32,000 nt of DNA from the NCBI GenBank assembly GCA_036676455.1, contig JAKFCW010000040.1:6066-38065 (forward strand), written 5' to 3'. Every line of letters begins with the position of its first letter. Positions within the stretch are counted from its first letter, which is position 1. The position numbers and the translations under genes are program-made. Source of the DNA: Candidatus Sericytochromatia bacterium. GTDB lineage: Bacteria > Cyanobacteriota > Sericytochromatia > S15B-MN24 > UBA4093. The notes beneath the pieces are model-generated. The model did no database searches, was not told the origin of the DNA, and saw only the letters and a list, made by a program, of their open reading frames with translations. This document shows, one piece after another, positions 1 to 8,843 of the stretch.

Positions 1-130
1 GCGCCGGGATGGGGATGATCAGCATCAGCACCACCGCCACCATCATGACGGCGAGCACCATGTCGCTCTGCTTCAGCAGGCGGGTGAGGGCGGATTCGCT
101 GGGTCTTGCGGTACTGGTCGTGATGGCCAC
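1..130 (-). CDS. flhA: FlhA flagellar export gate protein, first 43 codons only (gene runs off the left edge)
   Basis: GTG at 130 lies 3 nt after the flhB stop, with GGAG 8 nt upstream. It reads VAITTSTARPSESALTRLLKQSDMVLAVMMVAVVLMLIIPIPA, a typical FlhA N-terminus and first TM helix. This is the expected gene after flhB. Confidence 0.75.
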   Translation of the reverse strand, partial: MAITTSTARPSESALTRLLKQSDMVLAVMMVAVVLMLIIPIPA

Positions 131-133
131 GCG

Positions 134-1195
134 TTATGCTCCCCGCTTGCGATTGGCGCGTTGAACCGCGACCAGGATCTCCGCCACGGCCGCATAGAGC
201 TCGGGCGGAATCTCGTCTCCGACCTCGACTTGCTTATAGAGGGCCTGGGCGATGGGCTTGTTCTCGAACATGGGCACTCCGGCCTCCTGGGCGACCTCGC
301 GAATTCGCTTGGCTACGAGATCCGTACCCTTGGCGACCACCAACGGCACCTCCATGGTGTCGCGCTCGTAGCGGACCGCCACGGCGAAGTGGGTCGGGTT
401 GGTGATGACCACCGAGGCCTTGGGAACCTCGCTCATCATGCGCTGCTGCGCCATCTTGCGCTGGCGTCGCTTGATCTCGCCCTTGATCTCGGGGTTTCCG
501 TCCTGCTGCTTGGCCTCGTCCTTGACCTCCTGCTTGGTCATCTTGAGGTTCTTCTCCCACTCGTAGCGCTGGTAGGCGTAATCCACCAGGCCGAGGACGA
601 CCAGGGCGATCATGACGCGCCAGGCGATGCTCCACGCCGTGGTGCCGATCAGCGTGCCAAGCCCCAGCAGGCCCGTGCCGTAGGCCGTGGCCAGCTCGAT
701 GTAGCGATCGCTGATCACCGCGTAGCAGATCCACCCGATCAAGGCGATCTTGGCGATGCCCTTGATGGCCTCGATGGTCGAGCGCAGCGAGAAGAGGCGC
801 TTGAGGCCGTTGACGGGGTTCAGCTTCTCCAGCTTGGGCTTGATCGCCTCGAAGGTCAGGAGGTTTCCCACCTGGACGTAGTTGACGACGACCCCGACCA
901 CGAGCAAGGCCAGCAGGATCGGAGCGAGCACCAGGCCCACCGCCTGCATGATCTGGCTGGCGAGGTGCATGAGGTAATCGACGGTGAGGTCCTGATCGGG
1001 GAAGTGTCCCAGCCGCTCGGCCATCAGGTTGCGCAGGACCTCGGCGAGGGGTGGCCAGGAGAAATAGAGCATCACGCTCGCGGTCAGCAGCACCGCGGCG
1101 TTGTTGACGTCCTGGCTCTTCGCGACGTTGCCCTTCTTGCGGGCATCCGAGATGCGCTTGCCTGTAGGTTTCTCGGTTTTCGAGGGATCCGCCAC
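134..1195 (-). CDS. flhB: FlhB flagellar type III export switch protein
   Basis: 353 aa with a basic N-terminus (KTEKPTGKRISDARKKGNVAKSQD), TM segments and a C-terminal domain carrying the NPTH autocleavage motif (nt 389-400, VVITNPTHFAVAVRY). GTG start follows GGAGG. Confidence 0.95.
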   Translation of the reverse strand: MADPSKTEKPTGKRISDARKKGNVAKSQDVNNAAVLLTASVMLYFSWPPLAEVLRNLMAERLGHFPDQDLTVDYLMHLASQIMQAVGLVLAPILLALLVVGVVVNYVQVGNLLTFEAIKPKLEKLNPVNGLKRLFSLRSTIEAIKGIAKIALIGWICYAVISDRYIELATAYGTGLLGLGTLIGTTAWSIAWRVMIALVVLGLVDYAYQRYEWEKNLKMTKQEVKDEAKQQDGNPEIKGEIKRRQRKMAQQRMMSEVPKASVVITNPTHFAVAVRYERDTMEVPLVVAKGTDLVAKRIREVAQEAGVPMFENKPIAQALYKQVEVGDEIPPELYAAVAEILVAVQRANRKRGA

Positions 1196-1206
1196 CCCTT
1201 ACCTCC

Positions 1207-1986
1207 TCACCGGAACATCCCGACCAAACCGGGACCGAGCCGGTCAAAAACGAGCCTCATGTACCCTCCCAGGAGGGGAAGGGTGGCGGCGATGGTCACC
1301 AGCCCCAGGATGATCTTGATGGGGAAGCCCGCCACGAAGACGTTCATCTGGGGCATGATCCGGCTCATGATGGCCAGCGCGAGCTCGGCCAGCATCAGCA
1401 CGCCGATCACCGGCAGCATCAGGGTCAAAGCCACGTCGAAGATGCCGGTGGTCGCCAGTAGCACTTGCTCCATTATACCCCCCGTCAGCGCAAATCCGCC
1501 CAGGGGCACGGCTTGGAAGGACTTCCAGACGCCCAGCAGCAGCCAGTGATGGCCATCCATGGCGAGAAACGTGACGGTGGCCAGCTGCACGAACAACACC
1601 GCCAGCTCCGTGGTCTGGGTCCGCGTGTTGGGATCGAACATCATGCTCATGCCGAGGCCCATCTGCAGGGCGATCATGTGGCCCGCGAACTGGATCGCGT
1701 AGAAGGTGCAGTTCGCCACGAACCCCAGCAGGACCCCGATGGCGAGCTCGGCGGCCAGCGCGAACGTGAGGTCGAGAGGGCCTTCCATGGCGGGCACGGG
1801 CCAGTCGACGGCCGACGGGTAGACCAGGGCGGCCAGCAGGACGGCGAGGCCCACCCGGAAGCGAACCGGGACCACCGCGTTGCCAAAGATGGGCGCGATC
1901 ATGAAGATGCCCGAGAAGCGCGCGAGCACCAGCAAGAAGAGCTCGAGCCCGTGAGGGGAAAGGCGTAGGAGTGCTGCGAGGTCCAT
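1207..1986 (-). CDS. fliR: FliR flagellar export apparatus membrane protein
   Basis: 259-aa polytopic hydrophobic protein (LLVLARFSGIFMIAPIFG...) in the conserved fliP-fliQ-fliR-flhB position. Confidence 0.9.
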   Translation of the reverse strand: MDLAALLRLSPHGLELFLLVLARFSGIFMIAPIFGNAVVPVRFRVGLAVLLAALVYPSAVDWPVPAMEGPLDLTFALAAELAIGVLLGFVANCTFYAIQFAGHMIALQMGLGMSMMFDPNTRTQTTELAVLFVQLATVTFLAMDGHHWLLLGVWKSFQAVPLGGFALTGGIMEQVLLATTGIFDVALTLMLPVIGVLMLAELALAIMSRIMPQMNVFVAGFPIKIILGLVTIAATLPLLGGYMRLVFDRLGPGLVGMFR

Positions 1987-1998
1987 GCCAGCCCCCGC

Positions 1999-2268
1999 CT
2001 AGTGTGCGAAGCGGGGCAGTTCGATCAGGATCGCCCGCATGAAGTCGAGCATGGTGCCCATCATCCAGGGGCCCAGCAAGAAGAGGACCAGTCCGGTGGC
2101 CACGATCTTGGGGATGAAGGTCAGCGTGGCCTCGTTGATCTGGGTCACCGCCTGGAAGATCGAGATCAGCAAGCCCACCAGGAGGCTCACCCCCAGCGCG
2201 GGCGCGGCGATGATGGCCATCAGGCCGAGGGAACGCTGGGCGAGTTCGAAGAAGACGGTCTCGTTCAT
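1999..2268 (-). CDS. fliQ: FliQ flagellar export apparatus membrane protein
   Basis: 89 aa with two TM helices and the FliQ/EscS-like core AAPALGVSLLVGLLISIFQAVTQINEATLTFIPKI. Its ATG comes 1 nt after the fliP stop. Confidence 0.93.
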   Translation of the reverse strand: MNETVFFELAQRSLGLMAIIAAPALGVSLLVGLLISIFQAVTQINEATLTFIPKIVATGLVLFLLGPWMMGTMLDFMRAILIELPRFAH

Positions 2269-2269
2269 C

Positions 2270-2998
2270 TTACTGGAAGCTCGTGACCAAGGCGCGGCTC
2301 AAGAGATGCCACCCGTCGACCAGGACGAAGAGGATCAGCTTGAACGGCAGCGAGATCATGACCGGCGGCAGCATCATCATGCCCATCGACATCAGGATGC
2401 TCGCGACCACCATGTCGATCACCAGGAAGGGCAGGTAGATGACGAAGCCGATCTGGAAGGCCGTCTTGAGCTCCGAGATGATGAAGGCCGGGATCAGGAC
2501 GTGGGTCGGGATGTCGTCGGGCCGGCGGGGGCGCTCCATCTTGGCCATCGAGACGAACAAGGCGAGATCCTTCTGCCTCGTCTGCTTGAACATGAACTTG
2601 CGCAAGGGTTGCTGCGCCCGGTCCAGCGCCACCTGCTGGGTGATGGCGCCCTGGGAGTAAGGCTGCAGGGCCGTCGTGTTGATCTCCCCTGCCACCGGGG
2701 CCATCACGAAGAAGGTCAGGAACAAGGCAAGCCCCACGACCACCTGGTTGGGGGGCATCATCTGGGTACCGATGGCCTGGCGGGTGAAAGAGAGCACGAT
2801 GACGATGCGGGTGAAGCTCGTCATGAGCATCAGGATGGCCGGCGCCAGGGTGAGGACCGTGAGCAGGGCGAGGATCTGCAGCGAGGCCGCCACGTCCTGG
2901 GGCTGGTCCGTCAGGGGAATCTGGGGGACCTGGAACTGGGCGTGGGCCGCGCCGGCGTTGATGACGAGGAGGGCGATCGCCCAAAGAACCAGCCTCAA
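2270..2998 (-). CDS. fliP: FliP flagellar export apparatus membrane protein
   Basis: 242 aa with a signal peptide (LLVINAGAAHA) and a FliP-type core (LTLAPAILMLMTSFTRIVIVLSFTRQAIG, FKLILFVLVDGW). TTG start overlaps the fliO stop (TTGA). Confidence 0.95.
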   Translation of the reverse strand: MRLVLWAIALLVINAGAAHAQFQVPQIPLTDQPQDVAASLQILALLTVLTLAPAILMLMTSFTRIVIVLSFTRQAIGTQMMPPNQVVVGLALFLTFFVMAPVAGEINTTALQPYSQGAITQQVALDRAQQPLRKFMFKQTRQKDLALFVSMAKMERPRRPDDIPTHVLIPAFIISELKTAFQIGFVIYLPFLVIDMVVASILMSMGMMMLPPVMISLPFKLILFVLVDGWHLLSRALVTSFQ

Positions 2999-3564
2999 GA
3001 GCGGCCTCCGTTCTTCCGGATCATCACCTGGCGCAGCGTGGCGTCCACCAGCGCATCGAAGCCCTCGTGGGTCTCACCCGAGGTCTCGGCCTGGGCCAGG
3101 TGCGCCTCGAAGGCTTCCTTGCCCTGCTCGGGAGAGAGCTCTCCCAGCGGCACGAGCATGTCCTTGCCGTTGGAGCCGACCACCCAGACGCGATCCCCGA
3201 CGGAGACCAGGTGCACGGTCTGGGCGCCGCGCAGATGCGCCGAGCCCAGGGCGCGAACCCGAAGGCCGGTGGCGGGCCCCGCACCGGCCGAGCCGGCGAG
3301 GTTGGGACCGCCCATGCGCTTGTAGACCCAGAAGACGCCGTAGATGAGGCCGATGACGCCCGCGAACTTCACCAGGAAGCCCACGGCGTTCCCGGCCGAA
3401 GACGGGCGCTCCGTGGCGGGATCCTGGTACTCCGGCAGGAAGAAGGTATCGCCGGTCGCGGCGGTCGAGGCTTCGGGAACCGAGGGTTCGGTTTGGGCTT
3501 GGGCGACGCCGGGGAAAGCCCCGAGCGTGAAGAGCAACGCGAGGAGCAGGAAGCTCCTGCGCAC
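2995..3564 (-). CDS. fliO: FliO/FliZ-type flagellar biosynthesis protein
   Basis: GTG at 3564 comes 1 nt after the cheY stop (TAGcGTG). The 189-aa product has a signal-like N-terminus (SFLLLALLFTLGAFPGVAQA), one TM (FLVKFAGVIGLIYGVFWVYKR) and a FliO-like C-terminus (LRVRALGSAHLRGAQTVHLVSVGDRVWVVG). It sits in the cheY-fliO-fliP position. The longer 273-aa ORF would overlap cheY and was rejected. Confidence 0.8.
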   Translation of the reverse strand: MRRSFLLLALLFTLGAFPGVAQAQTEPSVPEASTAATGDTFFLPEYQDPATERPSSAGNAVGFLVKFAGVIGLIYGVFWVYKRMGGPNLAGSAGAGPATGLRVRALGSAHLRGAQTVHLVSVGDRVWVVGSNGKDMLVPLGELSPEQGKEAFEAHLAQAETSGETHEGFDALVDATLRQVMIRKNGGRS

Positions 3565-3565
3565 G

Positions 3566-3928
3566 CTACTTGAGAGCCTTGTGAACCGCGTCGATGACGC
3601 GCTCCGCATCGAAAGGCTTGACGATGAAATCCTTGGCACCCGACTGAATGGCCTCCAGCACCATGGCCTGCTGGCCCATTGCCGAGCAGACGATGATCCG
3701 AGCGTCCGGATCGAACTCCCGAATCTTCTTGATGGCCGTGATGCCGTCCATGTCCGGCATCGTAATGTCCATCGTGACGAGGTTGACCTTGATCTTCTTG
3801 TAGAGGTCAACGGCATCCGCGCCGTTGGCCGCCTCGGCCACCACCGAGAATCCGTTCTGAGTGAGGATATCCTTCAACATGAGGCGCATGAAGGCCGCAT
3901 CGTCGACCACCAGGATGTTCTTGGTCAA
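3566..3928 (-). CDS. cheY: CheY-type single-domain response regulator
   Basis: 120-aa receiver domain (ILVVDDAAFMR, VTMDITMPDMDG, SAMG, KDFIVKPF). TTG start with AGAGGA upstream; same position as cheY in the Bacillus fla/che operon. Confidence 0.92.
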   Translation of the reverse strand: MTKNILVVDDAAFMRLMLKDILTQNGFSVVAEAANGADAVDLYKKIKVNLVTMDITMPDMDGITAIKKIREFDPDARIIVCSAMGQQAMVLEAIQSGAKDFIVKPFDAERVIDAVHKALK

Positions 3929-3940
3929 GGGTTCCTCTCT

Positions 3941-5071
3941 TTAGGCACGGAACGAGCTGAAACGCTCGGCTGGGCTAACGATATCCGTCACCCGGACGCC
4001 GAAGTTCTCGTCAATGACGACGACTTCGCCCCGGGCAATCAACTTTCCGTTGACGAGCAAGTCTACTGGCTCGCCCGCAAGTTTGTCAAGCTCAACCACA
4101 GAGCCCTTTCCGAGCTCCAGGACGTCGCGGATCTGCATCCGCGTGCGGCCCAGCTCGACGGTCACCCGCAGGGGAACGTCCAGAATGAGGTCCAGGCCGC
4201 TCTGAGCAGCCGGAGGGGCGCTCGGCGCCAGGGGCGCGAACTGCACGGTCTGAGCAGCGGGCTGCGGCGCCGTCGTCTTGACCGGAGCCGGAGGGGGCAC
4301 AGCGGCCGCAGGAGCGGCTACCGGGGCAGCAGGCACGGGAGCCGGAGCCACGGGAGCTGGAGCCTGCGCGACCGGCTGAGGCGCCGCGGTGGTGCTCTGA
4401 GGCTGGTTGGCAGCAGGCGCCGGGGGCGCCGGCTGGACCTTCTTCTCCGCCTGCTGCGGAGGCTCGCTGCCGCCTCCTAGGATCTGGGCGGCGAGGGTTT
4501 CCGCCCCCGTGCCCGAGAAGATCTGGAGCAGGTAAGAGTCGACCAGGCCCTCGATGGCGAGGCGGTAGGTGAGCGCCACGGCCACCCCGTCCTCGAAGGA
4601 TTCCGCGAGGCTGAGGTCGTCCGGATGATCCACGACCTGCGCCTGCGGAGGCGAGATCTCGAACTTCTTGCCGTAGGTCGTGCTCATGGCGTTGGCCGCC
4701 ATGCCCATCATCTGGTTGATGGCCTCGGAGATGGCCGAGAGCTGGAGATCGTCGATGACGGCGGACGGGGGCTGCCCCTCGCCTCCCATCATCAGGTCGG
4801 TGATGATGGCGGTATCGCTCTGGGTCAGGATGAAGAGGAGCTCGAAGCCCGCGCCGAAGCGACAAGGGACCTCGATGGCCACCGCCGGGTCCTTGAGGAC
4901 TCCGCCTAGCTCCGACACGGAGAGGACAGCCACCTCGGGCTGGGTGATGGTCACCTGCTTGTTCAGCAGGATGGACAGGGTCGAGGCCCCGGCCGTCAGT
5001 GCAACCGACCCGCTTTCGACGAGGGCTTGCCCCATCTCAGGGGGCAAAGCGCCACCCGGCTCGATCATCAT
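3941..5071 (-). CDS. fliY: FliY-type flagellar motor switch protein (CheC-like N-domain, Pro/Ala linker, FliN C-domain)
   Basis: 376 aa. The C-terminus LDLILDVPLRVTVELGRTRMQIRDVLELGKGSVVELDKLAGEPVDLLVNGKLIARGEVVVIDENFGVRV is a FliN/SpoA domain. The N-half carries a CheC-type S-x3-E-x2-N-x22-P site (S112..P142). ATGA overlap with the fliM stop. Confidence 0.9.
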   Translation of the reverse strand: MMIEPGGALPPEMGQALVESGSVALTAGASTLSILLNKQVTITQPEVAVLSVSELGGVLKDPAVAIEVPCRFGAGFELLFILTQSDTAIITDLMMGGEGQPPSAVIDDLQLSAISEAINQMMGMAANAMSTTYGKKFEISPPQAQVVDHPDDLSLAESFEDGVAVALTYRLAIEGLVDSYLLQIFSGTGAETLAAQILGGGSEPPQQAEKKVQPAPPAPAANQPQSTTAAPQPVAQAPAPVAPAPVPAAPVAAPAAAVPPPAPVKTTAPQPAAQTVQFAPLAPSAPPAAQSGLDLILDVPLRVTVELGRTRMQIRDVLELGKGSVVELDKLAGEPVDLLVNGKLIARGEVVVIDENFGVRVTDIVSPAERFSSFRA

Positions 5072-6096
5072 TCCTCCCCTTCCTTGTCATCCAGGACTTC
5101 GCTGATTTGGATGGCTAGTTTGTTTCTTACCGTGCCCGGCCGCCCCGTGAACTTGCGGCGCTCGCCGACCAGCACGGCGAGATCCTCGCCCACTGCGGCG
5201 TCTAGGGTGAGCACATCCCCGACACTCAAGGATAGCACGTCCTCCACGGAGACGACGCTCTCTCCCAGAACCACCTGAACAGGAACCTGGGTGGCGACCA
5301 CCCGGTCCTTGAGACCCATCCGATGGGACTCGCTCTGCGACTGCCGGGCCGTGGCGAACATCGCCTGGGCCGAGATCTTGCCCATGATGGGCTCGAGCAT
5401 GATGTACGGGATGCACAGGGACAGCGGCCCCGTGTTCTCGCCAAACTTCGCCTCGAACGTGATCAGCACGATCGGATCGCTCGGCGGCACGATCTGGATG
5501 AACCGCGGGTTCATCTCCAGGGTCTCGAGCTTGGGCGAGAAGTTGATGACGTTCTGCCAGGCCTCGGACAGGGCCCCCAGGATCCGCAAGGTGACGCTGG
5601 AGATGAGGGTCCGCTCGATGTCCGTGAGGTCGCGGCGAATCCGGGTCACGCGCCCGGGGCCGCCTAGCATGCGGTCGATGATGGCCGAGGTCAGGTCGAT
5701 GTTCACCTCGAAAAGCGCGGTCCCGACCAGGGGCTCCATCGAGAAGACGTTGAGGATGGTCGGCGAAGGCAGCGAGCGCGAGTACTCGTCGAAGGTCAGC
5801 TGTTCGACCGAGACCACCTCGACCTGCACCAGCATCCGGAGCTGGCCCGACAGGGTGGTGCTCAGGATCCGGGCGAAGGCCTCGTGGATCATCGACAGCG
5901 TGCGGATGTGATCCTTCGAGAACTTGTTCTGACGCTTGAAGTCATAGACCTTGATCGTCCGCTTGACGCCCTCTTCCTCGGCCATCGTCGACAGGGGAGA
6001 GGCGCCCCCGGCGGACGGCTTATCAGGGGCCAGCTCACCGCTCGAGAGAGCGGCGAGCAACAAATCGATTTCGGATTGTGAGAGGATCTCGGCCAA
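5068..6096 (-). CDS. fliM: FliM flagellar motor switch protein
   Basis: 342 aa with the N-terminal CheY-P binding motif (AEILSQSEIDLLL), a CheC-like middle and a SpoA-like C-terminus. TTG start with GAGG upstream. Confidence 0.95.
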   Translation of the reverse strand: MAEILSQSEIDLLLAALSSGELAPDKPSAGGASPLSTMAEEEGVKRTIKVYDFKRQNKFSKDHIRTLSMIHEAFARILSTTLSGQLRMLVQVEVVSVEQLTFDEYSRSLPSPTILNVFSMEPLVGTALFEVNIDLTSAIIDRMLGGPGRVTRIRRDLTDIERTLISSVTLRILGALSEAWQNVINFSPKLETLEMNPRFIQIVPPSDPIVLITFEAKFGENTGPLSLCIPYIMLEPIMGKISAQAMFATARQSQSESHRMGLKDRVVATQVPVQVVLGESVVSVEDVLSLSVGDVLTLDAAVGEDLAVLVGERRKFTGRPGTVRNKLAIQISEVLDDKEGEE

Positions 6097-6139
6097 CGGC
6101 CACCTCGCTTACTGGCTATAGACGATGACGATAAGACGC

Positions 6140-6688
6140 TTACTGGATGACGAAGTCGGTGAAGTAGACGTCCATCACGGTCTTGCCGGGAACGCGCTGG
6201 TTGAGGACCGTCTTCAGCTCTTCCTTGAGCGAGGTGCGACCGCCGGGGGCGTTGATCGCGGAAACCGTCTGACGCGCCAGGGTCGTGATGATCGCATCCT
6301 TGTAGAGGGGCTCGTAGGGGGCCATCTCCGCCTTGACCGCGGCGGTGGCATCCTCGCCACCCCCGTGGCCGCCGCCCTTCTCGTCCTTCTTGTGGTCGCC
6401 CTCGGGCGACGCCATCTGCAGGACGACGGTGGTCTTCAGGTAACGACGGCCCGGATCGGAGAGGTTGACGATGAACTCGCCCACCGGATAGACCGGCCCC
6501 GGTGCGGGTTCGTGCTTCTCGGCAGCCTTGCCCTCGACCTCCTGGATGTGCTTCTCCACGATGATCTGCTGCGGCATTGCGAGGCGGATCGCGACGAACG
6601 AGCTGACGCCCGAGATCACGGCGATGACGACCGCCAAGACGATCAGCTTGACGTTCAGGCCGTTTCCGCCAGGTTGATTATTGGCCAT
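6140..6688 (-). CDS. fliL: FliL flagellar basal-body-associated protein
   Basis: 182 aa with a single N-terminal TM (LIVLAVVIAVISGVSSFVAI) and a FliL-like core (VYPVGEFIVNLSDPGRRYLKTTVVLQM ... VMDVYFTDFVIQ). Lies between motB and fliM. Confidence 0.88.
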   Translation of the reverse strand: MANNQPGGNGLNVKLIVLAVVIAVISGVSSFVAIRLAMPQQIIVEKHIQEVEGKAAEKHEPAPGPVYPVGEFIVNLSDPGRRYLKTTVVLQMASPEGDHKKDEKGGGHGGGEDATAAVKAEMAPYEPLYKDAIITTLARQTVSAINAPGGRTSLKEELKTVLNQRVPGKTVMDVYFTDFVIQ

Positions 6689-7484
6689 GGGATGAGGGTG
6701 CCTCCTGATGCGTCGAAGCCTTCGCGCCCTTCGGCTCCTGGTCGGTCAAGGCCGAGCGCAGGACCACGAGGTCGACTCTGCGATTGAGAGCGCGATTGGC
6801 TTCGGTGGTGTTTCGAACCCGTGGGTAGTATTCCCCGTACCCCGCCGCCGATAACCGCGTCGGCGGGAAATCATGGCGCTCCACCATGAACCGGACCAGC
6901 GTCGTGGCGCGCACCGCCGACAGCTCCCAGTTCGATGGAAAGCGCGAGGTGCGGATCGGAATGTCATCGGTATGACCCTCGATCCTCACGTAATGCGGAT
7001 CGGCCTTGAGCACGCGAACCACCCGATCCATGAGCGGCATGATCTCCGGCCGCAACTCGGCTTCGCCCTTCGCGAAGAAGGTCTTGTCGGAGATCGCGAC
7101 CACCAGCCCCCGCTGCTCCATGCGAGTCGTGATCTCGCGATCCAGCCCCGCTTCCTTCGCCAGCGCGTCGATCTGCTGCTCCAGCTTGGTAAGCGCGAGC
7201 TGCTCCGCCTGCATGAAGGGCATGGGCACGACCGTGTCGTTCTCGCCGCCATCCCCGATGATATGCTCGGTCTTTCCTGCCCCCTCGATCGGCACGTAGC
7301 GGATGGACGTCGACAGCGCCTTCTTCAGCTCCTCGTACTTCGCCTTGTCCACCTGCGACAGGGCATACATGATGATGAAGAAGACCAGTAGCAGCGTGAT
7401 GAGATCGGCATAGGTGACGAGCCACCGCTCCGACGAGCCGTGGCCTCCTCCCCCGTGACGTCCCCGCCGCCGCGACCCGGCCAT
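6678..7484 (-). CDS. motB: MotB flagellar stator protein (OmpA-like C-domain)
   Basis: 268 aa with a MotB N-terminus and TM bearing the conserved Asp (ERWLVTYADLITLLLVFFIIMYA). OmpA-like peptidoglycan-binding C-domain (RIEGHTDDIPI...NWELSAVRA...NRRVDLVVL). Confidence 0.93.
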   Translation of the reverse strand: MAGSRRRGRHGGGGHGSSERWLVTYADLITLLLVFFIIMYALSQVDKAKYEELKKALSTSIRYVPIEGAGKTEHIIGDGGENDTVVPMPFMQAEQLALTKLEQQIDALAKEAGLDREITTRMEQRGLVVAISDKTFFAKGEAELRPEIMPLMDRVVRVLKADPHYVRIEGHTDDIPIRTSRFPSNWELSAVRATTLVRFMVERHDFPPTRLSAAGYGEYYPRVRNTTEANRALNRRVDLVVLRSALTDQEPKGAKASTHQEAPSSHGQ

Positions 7485-7486
7485 GG

Positions 7487-8269
7487 CTAGCGAACCGCCT
7501 CTTCGACCTTCAGGCCGGCGCGGAGCTTGGGAGGCAGGAAGCCCTTGAGCTTGTCCTCCACGATCTGGGGGTTCTCACCCGCCTGGATGGAGAGGATGCC
7601 CGTGACCATCATCTCGCGGGCCAGGATCTCCTCCTCGCTGCGGCGCTTCAGCTTGGTGGCCAGCGGCAGCCACAGGAGGTTCGCGGTCCAGACCCCGTAG
7701 AGGGTGGCGACGAAGGCGACGGCGATCGCCGAACCCAGCTTCGCCGGCTCACCCAGGTTGCCCAGCACATGGATCAGGCCCATCACCGTTCCGATGATGC
7801 CCATGGTCGGCGCGTAGCCGCCCATCGCCTCCAGGATGCCGAAGGACGCCGCGTGCCGACTCGCGATGAAGGTCAGCTCCGTCTCCATCAGCTCCCGCAC
7901 CGTGTGGGGATCGATCCCGTCGGCCACCATCTGCAGCCCCTTGCGCAGGAACTCGTCGTCGGTGCCGGCCAGCTCGGTCTCCAGCGCGAGCAAGCCCTCA
8001 CGGCGGGCCTTGTCCGCATAGCCCGATAGCATGGGAATCAACGCCGCCGCGTCGTAGGGGCTCTTCTGGAACGTCAGCCCGATGACCCGGGGCAGGTTCT
8101 GCATGTCCTTCAGGGGAAAGGAGATGAAGGCCGCACCGATGGTGCCGCCCACCACGATCAGAAAGGCGGTGTACTGCCAGAGGCTCGAAAGATGTCCCCC
8201 GTCCAGCGTGTTGGCCAGGATCATGACCCCCCAGCCCAAGACCAGTCCGATGATGGTTGCCAGTTCCAT
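7487..8269 (-). CDS. motA: MotA flagellar stator protein
   Basis: 260 aa, MotA/TolQ/ExbB-type four-TM protein (YAPTMGIIGTVMGLIHVL ... AIAVAFVATLYGVWTANLLWLPLA), immediately upstream of motB. Confidence 0.93.
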   Translation of the reverse strand: MELATIIGLVLGWGVMILANTLDGGHLSSLWQYTAFLIVVGGTIGAAFISFPLKDMQNLPRVIGLTFQKSPYDAAALIPMLSGYADKARREGLLALETELAGTDDEFLRKGLQMVADGIDPHTVRELMETELTFIASRHAASFGILEAMGGYAPTMGIIGTVMGLIHVLGNLGEPAKLGSAIAVAFVATLYGVWTANLLWLPLATKLKRRSEEEILAREMMVTGILSIQAGENPQIVEDKLKGFLPPKLRAGLKVEEAVR

Positions 8270-8272
8270 GTG

Positions 8273-8491
8273 CTAGTCCTTCTCCCCGTCGACGGTCACC
8301 GAACGCACGCCCGGATGACAGCGCCGGCGGTAAGCCGCGATGCGCTCCAGCAGCTGGTCGATTGACTCCTTGACCACGAAGCGGTGCTCGTTGGTCAGGG
8401 TCACGATGGTGTCTGGCCGCTCCTCGATCGTCTCGATCAGATCGGCGTTGATCACCAGCTCCGTGCCGTTGAGGCGGGTCACCCTGATCAT
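8273..8491 (-). CDS. flbD: FlbD flagellar protein
   Basis: ATG at 8491 gives 72 aa: MIRVTRLNGTELVINADLIETIEERPDTIVTLTNEHRFVVKESIDQLLERI, a near-textbook FlbD sequence, directly upstream of motA as in Firmicutes and spirochetes. The upstream part of the 157-aa ORF is Arg/Pro/Trp-rich noise. Confidence 0.9.
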   Translation of the reverse strand: MIRVTRLNGTELVINADLIETIEERPDTIVTLTNEHRFVVKESIDQLLERIAAYRRRCHPGVRSVTVDGEKD

Positions 8492-8543
8492 GCGTTTCCC
8501 CCACTCCAGCCGCGTGCGCTCCCGTCGAGCCGCGTCACCTTGA

Positions 8544-8843
8544 TCACTTGATGCTCCCTCTCTTAGCCGCGGGGGCTTGCTGCTTGTCCACGCGCCGCAC
8601 CCAGACCAGCACCTCGGCCACCACCGGGTACAGCTCGGCGGGAATCTGCTCGCCGAGATCCAGGGCCGCCAGCGCGGAGACCAGGCTGGGATTCTCCTGG
8701 ACCGGTACCCCGGCCTCCTTGGCCGTCTCCACGATCCGCTCGGCAACCAGCCCGGATCCAGAAGCCACCACCGTCGGGGCGTCGTCGACCCCTTCTTCGT
8801 ACGATAGGGCCACCGCCTTCTTCGGCATCTGCGCGTCGCTCAT
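8544..8843 (-). CDS. Soluble FlhB C-terminal-domain paralog (EscU/YscU/FlhB-C family, YlqH-like), lacks NPTH
   Basis: The 99-aa product aligns by eye with the post-cleavage part of this window's FlhB (KKAVALSYEEG..PTVVASGSGLVAERIVETAKEAGVPVQEN...IPAELYPVVAEVLVWV versus HFAVAVRYERD..PLVVAKGTDLVAKRIREVAQEAGVPMFEN...IPPELYAAVAEILVAV). It has no TM region. ATGA overlap with the upstream gene. Confidence 0.85.
   Translation of the reverse strand: MSDAQMPKKAVALSYEEGVDDAPTVVASGSGLVAERIVETAKEAGVPVQENPSLVSALAALDLGEQIPAELYPVVAEVLVWVRRVDKQQAPAAKRGSIK

Noticed and set aside
161-4480. Plus-strand ORFs 161-1549, 2039-3325 and 3344-4480
   Set aside because: They are antisense to flhB/fliR, fliQ/fliP/fliO and fliO/cheY/fliY. 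Their composition is noise-like, and the minus-strand products are textbook flagellar proteins.
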